The notes under the pieces were generated by a model, which was not told where the DNA came from, made no database searches, and saw only the letters and a list, made by a program, of their open reading frames with translations. The position numbers were made by a program, and so were the translations under genes. Positions 1 through 12,200 of a DNA stretch of 40,145 nt are shown here, piece after piece (position 1 is the first letter of the stretch; each line of letters starts with the position of its first letter). The DNA is taken from assembly GCA_964200185.2 (NCBI GenBank), contig CAXNAD020000032.1, positions 1-40,145 on the forward strand, read 5' to 3'. This stretch comes from Choristocarpus tenellus KU-1152. Lineage: Eukaryota > Protista > Phaeophyceae.

Positions 1-119
1 ATGCTCACATCCCTGACTGCTGGCAACAACAACCCCACCAGTTTTGCAAGAATCTGCCTGTTTCAGACCTGATTTTGTGTTGCCAACGCAGGGTACCTCG
101 GGTTTGCTGCCTTGTTTTA

Positions 120-1460
120 TGCTAACTACTCTTGAGTGTCAGGGAACACATTCCAAGGAGTCCCAAGTCTCACGGAACACGATGAGATCGCCAAGTTGAT
201 GATGTTCTTGCAGAGATTGAAGCTTGCCTGGACATTAGTGTCCGAGCTATGGCCCATAGTCACAAGATCAGAGTCGAACACTGGGATACCACTGTTCCAA
301 AAGTAATACCAGGGTATGGGACACTTGACTTGGAGATTATTGTTGGTTCTAATCCTAATCAACACATACACGTCCTATGCTCAAGTCTGTTGCTCTCATG
401 CCTGGCATTGCACACAACCTATTGCCCTTGGACCCCGCTCTGATGTCGCCTGGGGTAGGGAAGTAACCCATCATACTTCTGAAGGAGCCCATACAAACAC
501 CTGACCTCAAGACCAATGGCAAGTGTCTCCTCAAGCGCAGCATTTCAGGGGTCCCAAGTACGACATATGAAAACTTAGAGGAGAATCTGCTGAGGGAATA
601 CTTGGTACAAAGTGTATGAAGCATTTGCACAAGGCAGAGGTTGGCAGTGTCTGTTGGAGTTGGTCAGGACCGTGCCGAGATTCCTTGGGTCCAACACATC
701 ATCGACTACGCGGTACATGTATAGTAACACATCCCACTGCTTGGCGATAAAGTGACGTTCTCAAAGCACACTGAAGGCATCCCAGCAGCAGGAAGGTCTC
801 GATAACTGGTGTAGAGTGTGATGGCGCTGTGAATCGAAAGGCCTGGTAGGTACAAATCCTATCAGCTGGAAAATTCAATGCTCTTGACTACAATCGAAAC
901 GTCCACCAGGCAAGACAAGCCGAGAAGGCCTCACCAAAGGAGATATGATCACATTTCTGTGCTTTTTCCTGACTACCAGACACACTATCCTGTTGTGATG
1001 TCTGCGAAAGACTTGCGACCATGTCTTTCAGAGGAGATAGGCAGAGAAGAGCGGCCAATTTGGTGCCTTAGACTTCAAAAAGGAGTCCATACACCGCTGA
1101 CCACATGAACCCAGACCCTACGTCCTTCTTCCTGCCCTCCTGCAACATACAAATTTCTTCACTGCGCCTGGGTTTGGAGTTCTGGAGGTGACTTCTTTGA
1201 CTAACTGTTGACTTTGAATGACTAATTTGATCTCGGCTTTGAACAAGTTCCCATTTTCCACACATATTGAGCATATGCCTAGATTGGGTATTCTCCTCAT
1301 ATACACTCCACAGAGGTACTAGGTGCCAGCCCTTGACTCATCGAGGGAATTGCACGGCCTACTCCTTAAACACGCTTCATCTTGTTGCTCAGTCGGAACC
1401 TTGGCGACATCAGCTCTGCTGCCTCTTTCTTTTTTTCATACCTCCCTTTGCCTTCCTTGC
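120..1460 (-). mobile_element. Highly degenerate DNA-transposon relic, probably a hAT-type transposase N-terminal half, in an intron of the DUF179 gene
   Basis: Frame-hopping minus-strand peptides in the expected order: CVENGNLF...RDQISHSKSTVSQRSHLQNSK (zinc-finger-like), VIETFLL, YVVLGTP..RL/EETLAI, SQVSHTLVLLL, GIPVFDSDLVTMGHSSDTNVQA. Many stops and frameshifts; recognised by eye only. Confidence 0.4.
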
Positions 1461-1974
1461 CATCACACCCCTTAAGTGAGAGGGTATATCTGGCAGATGA
1501 GTTGATTTCATACTCATGATCTAGGTACTCACTTCCACAATCCTCTGTGTACCCAGGCACAATCATTGCTCATGGACTTGTGGGAGTATTTTGTAAGGTT
1601 GCTCTTGTTACCCCCACTTTCCGTGCACTTCAAAGTGCTGAGTAGAAAAAAAAAATCCACTCCTTGGATTTCGATATCGATAAATCTTGATACAATAGAC
1701 TTGTAGTGATTCAACGGCTACAATTCATAACCCACCTAAAGGCATTGGACTGGTTGACAGAGAAGGTCTACCTCGGCCAAAAATAGCTCCAAGGGTTTTA
1801 AACATGCACTAAAGTTTTTCATCCAGTACAGTCATCAGGAGCTACAGTGATAAAACCTCGGGTAGAAGCACTTTAAACAGTACATGAAAACGCCTTGAAT
1901 ATTTTGTCTTCATTTCCCCACCCCTTTGCACTTTTGAACCCTGTTCCTCAAATGAAAGTATTTGTGACACTAAC

Positions 1975-2901
1975 CTGGGACTCAGCAAATCCATCAACTA
2001 TTTCTGAAGGTAGGCCTGGCACCATGCCCATGCACTGGTCCACTGGTCGATTTATAATAAGTCCTGAGGTGCCCTCGTTGTCGTCGTGGTTGAGGATGAG
2101 GACAACCGACTGGGAGAAAGGATCTGAATCAATATTCTCGGTAGCAAGAAGAATGCAGCCCTTTGATGAGAGAAGATTGAATACGGTCAACGGGGCAGTT
2201 GGGGGGGGAGTTGAAGAAGTTGAAGTGCTCGTGGTTGTCAATAGTGGCAAACGCGGAAATACTCACTCTGTATTTGAGTAAGCATCCACCAAGAAATTTT
2301 TGCTCACCTGCTCTACCTTTCCAATCTCATGGGCCCAGGCATCGTGTTTCCAACTGTCCTTGTTTGGATGCGAGCTAAGGTGGGAGTCGCTGAAGCCAGC
2401 CACAAGCTGCATTCGGAAGCGCCGCCAATCGCGTTGGTCGACGTCCAACTGTTTGAAATGAGGGACAGAAGAATAAATAAGCAACAGACAACTATAGTAG
2501 ATATGACGGGGGCGAGGATTTTGGAGCTCACTGGCGAGGGATAAAGATCTCAAGATAAACATTTACCCGAAAGATCTAAGAGACAGTACTAGAGGGATGG
2601 AGGAGGGTCCACAGCTTACAGTTCGGTCCTCCTTATCCTTGTTATCACTGGTCCCATCTTGTGAAAGCGCCATTCGATGAAGCGGGAGCCGCCTTTTTCG
2701 TCTCATCGGAACTGAGATGCCAACCTCAGAGGTGTGACCCTCACATGAACGTGTACAAACTTGATCTTGGGAACTAACCAGAGGATAAACAGGGTTCGGC
2801 GTGAACATGAAGCCATGTGATGAGTGAGAGGCAAGAGCAAGATAGGTTATAGTGGCGACAGCTGTAGCCACTCCTCGAACATTCCTCTTTATTTGCCCCA
2901 T
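1975..2901 (-). CDS. DUF179 / AlgH / YqgE-family protein, probably plastid-targeted; 5' three exons only (3' part lies beyond the left edge)
   Basis: Exons 2901-2620, 2448-2308, 2160-1975, all phase 0 with GT/AG ends. Peptides DWRRFRMQLV...WAHEIGKVEQ|GCILLATENIDSDPFSQSVVLILNHDDNEGTSGLIINRP match the plant/algal DUF179 pattern (DWREFRARLV, WAH, GCLLIA, F..sV.l, G.ilNRP). N-terminus has a hydrophobic stretch followed by SHG-F. The expected next motif (GGPV) is not in the window. Confidence 0.85.
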
Positions 2902-3239
2902 TTGTCGTGACGATCCTGTAGAATTCCTGTCTTTGTCGCACGAATCTTGTCCTCGTTCACTTCGCGAGTAACCAATAGCAATACCTCGCAAAGCCAATCG
3001 ATGAGCGCGACGCAAGCCGGGAGTGTAGCACAATCGTACACAAACGAACACTACCGAGGACAGTTGAGGCAGAGAATCCGAGATGCAGGTGAAATGGAAA
3101 ACTGAGACTGCCTCTCTGTTCCCAGTATGTACAAAAAACTCAAAATGATGTTGAGGAAGGTGGAGGAAGGTGTAGGGTTAGGACGTGATATATGTATATA
3201 TTAGGATTAGGGTTTTGACCGTTTGTGATTATTTTGAAC
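2902..3239. promoter_or_regulatory. Compact bidirectional promoter / 5'UTR region between divergent DUF179 gene and TOP2
   Basis: 338 bp between ATGs at 2901 (-) and 3240 (+); CpG-rich; TA-rich element at 3190-3201; TAGGGTTAGG at 3173-3182 and TTAGGGTTTT at 3207-3216. Confidence 0.6.
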
Positions 3240-6200
3240 ATGATGGAGAAGCCCACTCTCACAACAACGAAACAAAGGCCGTTGCCGCAATCGAACCAGG
3301 TATAGTAGGTAGTGGATCGGGGGGGAAGGAGTAGAGGTGTTTACAAATTGGGAGAGTAATAGTGCTGAAGATCTACTTCGTCTGAACCGCATCTCGAATA
3401 CGAGCTTGGCGAAGCTGGGAAAAGGATGACCGATGTAGCGAACAACGCTGGTGGTAGGATCGCAAAGCCTAAGGTGGGTTAAGACCAAATCAGTAATATC
3501 TCGGAATTGGAGTGCTTGCTATGGTCAGAATATTCCTTTGCACGGTTTCGTCTTCTGACTTTCGCCCGTTTGGTGATATGAAATCATGCAACAGCCCTTT
3601 TCTCTATGGGAAGATCTGGACAAATTTCTCACTGTCAGAAGATGGTTGTCTATTGTGGTGGTATAATGATGCAAGGTTTGGCTAGTGATTAGTTTTTTAG
3701 AGTATATACTCCCAAGGACGCTTGGCAGTCGGCATGAATGCCAGACTCAGTCGCAATTTGTGTGCGCTCTACACACCAAGATCCGTTCTAAAGCAAGACC
3801 CTGGGGCAACCCTACCTGCTTAGAAATGCTACGAGATCAACGTTTTGACCTTTCGCGTTGTTAGTTATTTCATCTCGATGACCAAATACCCCACAACCCA
3901 TAAGATACGATTGCCGAGTCTGCTTTCTAACAAGACGCCTCACCAGATGGTAGAGCTGCCCTTGCCGAACTATATATAGTTGTACCTCTGGTGTGGCATT
4001 AAGTTCTCCTCTATTTTGAATCGTCGCTGATATCTTGCATGCTATGAATTTGAATCTTGAAAGGGCCGGAAGGATAAGAAGACCCCGCTGGGCTCCTCCG
4101 GCGCTGGTGCGGGAGGTGCCAATGCACAAAGAAAGAGAACAGCAGAAGATGACGTTCCTGTGGAGGAGCGATACCAGAAAAAGACACAGCTGGAGCATAT
4201 TCTCCTCCGTCCAGACACCTACAGTGAGATCATCAACTTGACTTTCCACTAACTTTTTCATGTCTATTTCTGTGCTCAACTAGTATCGGCATGAATTTGT
4301 CGCTTCAACCCAAGGTGTGTGACACCTTAAGGCTACAGCCGACCATGTCCTAAGCCTCACACGACCATTCCTACCAGAGACAAGCACCTCACATGCCTGA
4401 GCATCAAGTCCTGGCACTCCATCCCCTCCCTTTTCTTCCTCAATTTACTGTGCCTATCACGCAAGGACAAGTCTTGCCCACCAACCACTTACCACATCCC
4501 ACTTACTAACTCAACCGAACCAATCATCTCTCAACCCTCTTTCTATTTCCGTAACCCTGAATCTTCCTTTCACTTTCAAAACCTAACCCTATTTCTAATC
4601 CTATTCTTACCCATTGGTTGCAGTTGGCTCCATTGAGAAGGTGACACAAGAAATGTGGGTGTATGATGACGTGAATGACAATATTGTCAAGAGGCAGGCC
4701 ACATTTGTTCCAGGTTTGTACAAGATTTTCGATGAGATAATCGTCAATGCAGCTGACAACAAGCAGCGTGATGATGCCATGTCCAAGCTCAAGGTGACTA
4801 TACTGCTATGCTGTGCCTTGCATACCTGTACCAGCAACACTGATTCAAACTCCCAGTGGGTTCATATTCCAAGCTATCTGCCAAGGGTTTGTGTAGGATC
4901 CTGTCTCTGCCTTTGGTGATACATGTATTGGTCATTCACTATTTTAAGATGTCCAATGAAAGCTATTACCATATTTTGTGTACTGCCCCATGGTGAGAAA
5001 CATAGCCACCTCTTCAAGCACCCAAGCAAACAGTAGATGCCTTCCTACACTCAATAATCTGCGTCTTCATGATGTTACCATGCTCCCCTGGACCACAGTC
5101 TCAAGAACTAGAAAATATCTCTTTTTACCCTCTTGCTGGTATCACCATGTGTCTGCATTGTTGTGTTCATCCATGTGAATAAGGTTAAGATTGCTCATCC
5201 CATAGGTTGTCCTTGCTTGTGGTGATATCCTTTTTTTTGTTTTCCTTTACATATTTGGAATTTTGTTTGACTCACCCAGCCCTGCAATACGTTTGTTTCC
5301 TTGTTTTGCGTATTACCATGTTGGTTCAAAGGTTTGTATCGACAGTGAGAATGGTTCCATCTCTGTTTGGAACGATGGAAGAGGTATTCCCATTCAGATG
5401 CATCGTGAGCATGGAGTCTATGTGCCAGAACTGATATTTGGTCACCTCCTCACGGGTTCCAACTTTGATGACGACCAGAAGAAGACCACGGGCGGCAGGA
5501 ATGGTTATGGTGCCAAGGTAAGACTGAGATGTTGTGGGGTGCTTGTGGGTGTACAGAGTTGTGTGCTTGCCAACTTTATTACCTCTAATCATGGTAAGAG
5601 AAGCGGTTAAGCAGCCCACCTGTATCGTCCTTTTCTGGAAGTGATCTGGATTAGTGTGTATGTGTGCATGCATTTTTATTATGGAGTATCCATTTTTTAC
5701 ATTGGAATGATTGTTAAGTGTTCTTTGAATAGAGCTGGATTATGACTTGCGCACTGGTTTTTCCCACAGTAATTGAGTTTTCGATTGACTTGATGGAGAG
5801 AAGTTCAGGGACTTAGCTCTTTCTTGAATATCTTTGTAGTGTTCAGGGTCCTGGCACGGCAGTGTTTGGGATGAGGTTAGGGCTATGGTGAGGAATATTT
5901 GGTTTACTCCTGGTTACGCTGTCTTGTGTTGGCGTTGGATTCCAGTTCTTCGAGAATGAGCATGGTATTGTGCACGTTCACCCTTTGCTGAAACCGTCAC
6001 CTTCCTCTATCCCTCTCCCTCCCCCCCCCACCCCTGTTTTGTTTGCTACTTCAGCTGGCCAATATCTACTCAACAGAATTTATTGTCGAGACTGCGGACA
6101 GTGGTATGGGCAAGCGTTACAAACAAATTTTCCGGAACAACATGCAGGATAAGGTGAAGGGATATTTTTTGGGTTGCAATGGTACAGTCTGCTTTAATCA

Positions 6201-9200
6201 TTGAGGTACTTGATTGTGTCCATTAGGGATAGGGTGGAGGTTGAGGCCATCATCCACCCTAGGTATCTTTAGGTTGATTTGTTCCTCCCCTAAGGTTGAT
6301 TAACAGCTCCAACTGATGTGATAGACATGATAAATGTGAGTCAATGTATCTGAAAGTGGTGTTTGTTTCACCCTTTACGAGTTTCATAGCTTTTTTCAAA
6401 TTTGATATTAAAAGCAGGACATTGATAAAATATCTTGCTTCTGTAATCAGATGTACTCACAAAACAGTCAAAATACAGTACGCAACAGTGGACTGTGTTG
6501 TCTAAAAGATTACTGCCACCAGAAAGTCAGAGGAGCCCCTAGCGACACCCCTCTCATGGTTGTGTTGGCTCTGTGTGGGTTGATTTTGATCCCCTGCTGT
6601 GTCTACCTAGGATGATCCAATGATTGAGGACTATGATGGAATGGACTTTACTTGCATCACTTTCAGACCAGACTGGAAGCGGTTTCACATGAATGGCATG
6701 GAGCTGGACACGATGGCACTGCTGAGAAAGGTAATAGAAAAAATTGTCTTGAACGAATCATTTTTGCAAGAACTGTTGGGGCAAGTGTATAACATGTAGG
6801 ACTTGTGAATTTATTCTGTTTGCCGGTCTTTCTTTATGTATCTGTTCTGGTACTAGGTACAGATGGGGTACTAGTGCATGATAAAGAAGTGGGATGTGTA
6901 CTGGTGATAGAAAATGATGTTGGAGAGGGAAAGGGAAACTGCCAAACTTCCCCAAATGGAGTTCTGCAAGCTCTTGAAAATGACAATATTGTTTGCCTTG
7001 AACTTAATTCTCTTTTGCCAGATGTTAACATCATCTTGCTTGCTGCTCAGTCCTGTTCTGTTTTTTTTTGTAGTTTGTGTTATTGGAGTGTTTTTTCTGT
7101 CTGTTGATGGTACTGAGTTCACTCTGTAATCTTTTGTCAATGCGTTGTGATGTACAGTGCTCATTGCCTTCCTGATGACTAGTTTTGTGTTTTTGGCTGA
7201 TTTTTTTTGTTCTTCTATTTCTTGTTTTGTGGTTTGTGATTAATTGTTAATGGTGTTCTGTGTTTGCCATAATGTGGCAACAATGATGGCAATGAATTGG
7301 CAGCGTGTTTATGATGTTGCGGGGTGTATGGGGGGCTATGGAGGGAGCAAGGTGAAGGTGTACCTTGACAAGAACAGACTGCAGGTGAGTGGGAGAGGGC
7401 GAGATTACAGAAGAATCCTGAAATGTTTTTATAGGTGTGAATGAGGGTGGCTGCAGGGGTTGGGAAGATTATGTCTTAGATATTGAAGTCAGACTGTGAA
7501 TGATTGGCCAGGTACATGCAAAAAATTGTATTTATGCAGTACATCTGGGGAAATTGACTGGGTGTCACTTTTGGGTATTGCGTTAAACTCTCACTGAAAC
7601 TACCCCGCCCCCACGTTTCAATATAGTGATTTCCTGTGTTCTTTCTCTTTTGTACATTATCTCTCTAAACACATATCTGTGGGTGTATGATATTCCTGCA
7701 TCTCCTAGCAAAAAACCTCATTTGCTCCGAAAACTGTTTGTGTGAAGGTGCAGTCATTCTAACAGTTGTCTCTTCTCAGGAGTATTCACCACTGGCTGGG
7801 ACTATGATCTTGCTCAATCTGATTTGTTTGATAATTGTTCTTCCTAATTTTATTTTTGGGTGCTCATATCCTAAATATTTATTTTTCTTGTTGGTTGAGT
7901 GGTCACCCCCCTCCACATGTTTTGGGACCAAAAATTGGCAAAATGTTCAGAGGTAGTGAAGGTGTTTCTGAGTGTTCTCGATTCTTCCCCACCCTTACTG
8001 ATATGTCCATTTTTTTTCTCTTTTCTGAAGGTGTCAAGCTTCAAGGAGTACATGAGCATGTATGAAGGCATGGAAGCACCTGTGATATTTGAATCGATAG
8101 GACAACGCTGGGAGGTGAGGAATGAATTTACCAAGGCTATTATAGAGCTTGAATCAACCTCAATGGATCAAGTATCACAATTGCTCTAGGTAGAACTGTG
8201 TTGCTACCTAGATTTATTCCCATTATGGCAGTGACGATGACTTTTTTAAAAGTGTGTTGGAGGTGTTCCTCAAGCTATAGTGCAACGTAGCAATATATGA
8301 TGGACTGAATGGGAGGAATGGTGGGTCCTGTTATGATAGTTCCAGAACCTGACAAGGGGAACAAATAGTTTATTCCCCTTGTTTGCAAGTAAACTTGTCT
8401 TGGCCTTCTAGTTGGCTGCTGTTGTTGTCAAGTGGTGTTTATTTTCTACTCCTTGTTTTTTCTTGTCCTTCTGTAGTCTAGGCCTTTTTGCTTTGTTGGC
8501 CTCTTCTATTAATAGACCTGCCCCACAATTGCACGACCTGACTCATGCACCCTGGTCCCATCTTCATGCCTTCCTGCCGATTATTTGTTCACCTTTGCCC
8601 TTGTGTTTGGTTGCTCTAGGTTGGTGTCGCGGCAAGCCCAGACTGTGTGTTCCAGCAAGTGTCTTTTGTGAATGCAATTTGCACCACTAAGGGGGGTAAT
8701 CATGTTAACCACGTGGCAGATCAAGTTATCAACAGGCTACTACCGGTCCTAAAGAGGAAGAACAAGGCAGAGGTGAGTGTAAGCTGAGGAAGGTTTTGGA
8801 CCAGGAATTGTACTGATCCTCAACTGGGATTGGAACGGGACTGGGAGTGGGGGTGGGCCATAAAGGGTCAGCATGGTCAAAGTGAGTCATGTTGGGTATT
8901 GTTTCAGGAGACGTACCTTTTGTCAAATTGTTGTGGCTCCAGGAGTGTTCCTCTATATAAGGGAGGGACCACAGCAGTACCCTGACCAGACGTTGTCTCA
9001 TATATTGCCAAGACATTTTGTTTTTGCTACAGTAACAGGTAGCAAGGGGTGGTATTTGATTGTGATTTTTAATTAATTGTTCGTTCTCCACTTCTCAGGT
9101 GAAGGGACACTTTGTCAAGAACCACTTATGTGTGTATGTGAATGGCCTGGTTGAGAACCCTGCATTCAACTCACAGAGTAAGGAATACTTGACTACCAAA

Positions 9201-12200
9201 GACTCTGCATTTGGGTCGGTGCCCATGCTGAGCGAGACATCTCTCAAGGCGATAGAGAAGAGCGAGATTGTGGAAAGGTGAAATGTGGTGCTTGCCTTGG
9301 GTGTTTTCACAATTGCGTATGGCGCTACCCTTGTAGATCAAGCTAAAAAGTTGTTAAAAATGTAATTGTTAATTGTGTATTGGGTGTTGAGGGTAGAATC
9401 CAGCTACTTGGATATTACTGCGACTTGTAAAGGTCATCCCATTGTTGCAAAGGCGTCTATTTTGTACATGTCTTGTAATCCCAATTAACCCAGACCCTAA
9501 ACTGGGCCCTTGGTGAACAGGGTGCTGTCTTGGGCCAAGCACAAGCAGAATCAGCAGCTTAATAAGAAATCAGGAAAGAAGAGCAGCAAGCTGGTGAGAG
9601 ATGTGGCTTGATTAGTTTGCTTGATTGATTTGAACAGATCCCCATTTGCCTGAATGGTGCTACAGTTGATCATCTGAAAGTATGGACTCTGACATTAATA
9701 CTCACAAGACACAAGTTTTGTTTGGTCTTTTGAATTTTGTGTATTGAAGGAGTGAATTGGGTGGATTGTGATACGGAACATTCAGTTGCATTAATTGTTA
9801 TATATAGTGATGAGGGTACATTAGGGAAAACATAAGTAATTTGCCTGGTCTGTTTGTTTTCAGTTTACTTAATCATTTTTTTGTTACTTTAATAATGCTG
9901 TTGTGTCAATACTTGGTTGACGATCAAGTGAAGTAGTGGTTATGTCATAGGACTCCATTGATGTTGCTGGATCAGGAACATAATCGGTTTTGATTGTATG
10001 TTTTCCAAATTGGATCAAATATAGATTGGTTAATGGTATGTCACCTTGTGCCCTGCCCATTTTGAATTGCCATGTGGTACTGGGGTTTGATGATGTTGGC
10101 AAATTGAATATATTTTGTTTTTTTAACTGGTACTATATTTAATTTTTTGTACATTTTGATATGATCTGTACAGGTCGGTGGAAAGATTCTTGTGAAACAT
10201 AGAGAGAGAAAAAGTGGAAGAAAAAAACACTTGAAAATAGAAAAATGCGAAAGAGATAAAACCTGAGATTAGTGAACTGAAATTTCTTCATAGAAACTAA
10301 AATTTTGGACTATTGTGTTCATGTACAGGATTGTACATATGGCATAACGATCTGCACGATAAATGTGATAGTGTAAAATTTGTAGTTAAGGACTGACTGA
10401 CTCACAGACTCTGCTAACATATATTTTTTCCAATATCCTCCTCTTGCAGACGGGCATTGTCAAGTTGGATGATGCTAATGATGCAGGCACCAGCCGCTCA
10501 CAGGTGTGATTGTGTGGAGGAATATTTTATGGTTCTGACTCGAAAATGTTGCATTCATGTGGGAAGCATCATTTTTAGAATCACCACTCTTTGATTAGAG
10601 AAGAACAGTCTCTTTTGCTACATCCCTGTCTGCTGACACAAGTGCAATGAGATCATACAGCTCTGTTGGCACAGAGTGTTATGAGGTACTTTAAAGTAGT
10701 AAGAAGGCTAGGAGTAGGGGTCCTTTGAATGATGTGATTCCTGATTGATCATACACTCATCTTTTTTTGTTTTGTGTGACAAAGAGCCAGTCTTACGGTA
10801 TTGTTAGGCACTTTGTACATGAACGAAGATTTGTTTCAATTTCTTCATGGATGAAACAGCTAACCCTAACCCAAATCCAAATTCAATTAAACTACGATAT
10901 TGTAGTGAAGAAGTATCGTAATTGTCGTGGTTGGACCAAGAGTTCCAGTTGATGGTTTGTGGGTATTGAGGTGCATACTACTGAATTGTAAGTCCACATC
11001 GAATCTCCAGCACTCTTATTAAACCTTGCTATTTATTCGAGATAGGTGGTTTTAGTACGTTCTTTTTTAGTGTTCGCTGACTAATCTGGAAATTTCTTGG
11101 TTTCCTTGAACCAAGAAATTGAAGATTGGTGGCACAATATGATACTGTGATATTAATTGTGGTTGACAGAGTAGTGCAAGGACTTTGAGCAATATGACCA
11201 AAGGTTTACTGCATAGTTACACTGTGTAGTCATACTGACAGGTTCACTATTGTGTGACATCTTAAAATTACTGTTTAGGATTGCACATTGATCCTTACGG
11301 AGGGGGACTCTGCCAAGACCCTTGCTGTGTCTGGTTTGGGCGTGGTGGGGAGGGATCGGTACGGGGTGTTTCCGCTGAAAGGCAAGCTGCTGAATGTAAG
11401 GGAAGCCACCAACCAGCAGGTTCTGAAGAACGAGGAGATTCAGGTGAGCTTGGTACACTATATGTCTGTTTGGTTTTGATGTGAGAATGAGGGGATATGT
11501 ATTGGTTTGATCCTGGTTCTGAATGGCTCGATAATGAATTTTTGAGTTGGTTAGATCAGGGTTGTGGGTGTAACAGGTGACAAGTACTGCTGGTGTTTGC
11601 AGTATATGAAGGTGTGTATATATGTACATATATGTTGGTTTCTCAGTTAACAAGATCTGCTGTTTGAGCTTGTGTTATAATTTGTAGATGATGAACCTCA
11701 TAGTTTCGTCGCAATAAGCTATCTTGATTGTCGGTTTGACAAATGGGCTATTTTTCACAATTCTCTGGTTTTTATTTGCTTGGAATGATATTTTCGTAAT
11801 CTATTGCAGAACATTGTAAAGATTCTGGGGCTCAAGTTCAACCACGACTATATGGACACCAAGAGCCTTCGTTATGGCCACCTGATGATAATGACAGATC
11901 AGGACCATGATGGCAGTCACATCAAGGGTGAGGAAATGATACTGGCTTGTACACGAATATACTTTTCCTTGTTCAGTCTCTTGTGTGGACTTGATCTAGT
12001 ATGATAGTCCTTGTGGTTTGAAGTTGGTTCCATTGAGCATTGCTGAGTGGGTTTCTAGGTACTTAGAGGCTCTTGATATTGATGGTCATGTTTTGCTTGC
12101 TCTGAGGTATTTTGAAGGTCAGTGTTGGGCTTAATGGCAGGGGGTTGTCATGATATCCTTCCAGCACTGCAAATAGGCATGATGCTAAGCAGTCCAGTTG

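Noticed and set aside
3521-3955. ATG|GT start-codon-only first exons at 3521-3523 and 3947-3949
   Set aside because: Both are phase-compatible, but 3240-3299 has an AG|GT donor, a TOP2-like N-terminal peptide and intron-like downstream sequence. Kept only as alternatives.
3812-4279. 155-aa minus-strand ORF
   Set aside because: Antisense shadow of TOP2 exon 2 and flanking introns; no recognisable motif.
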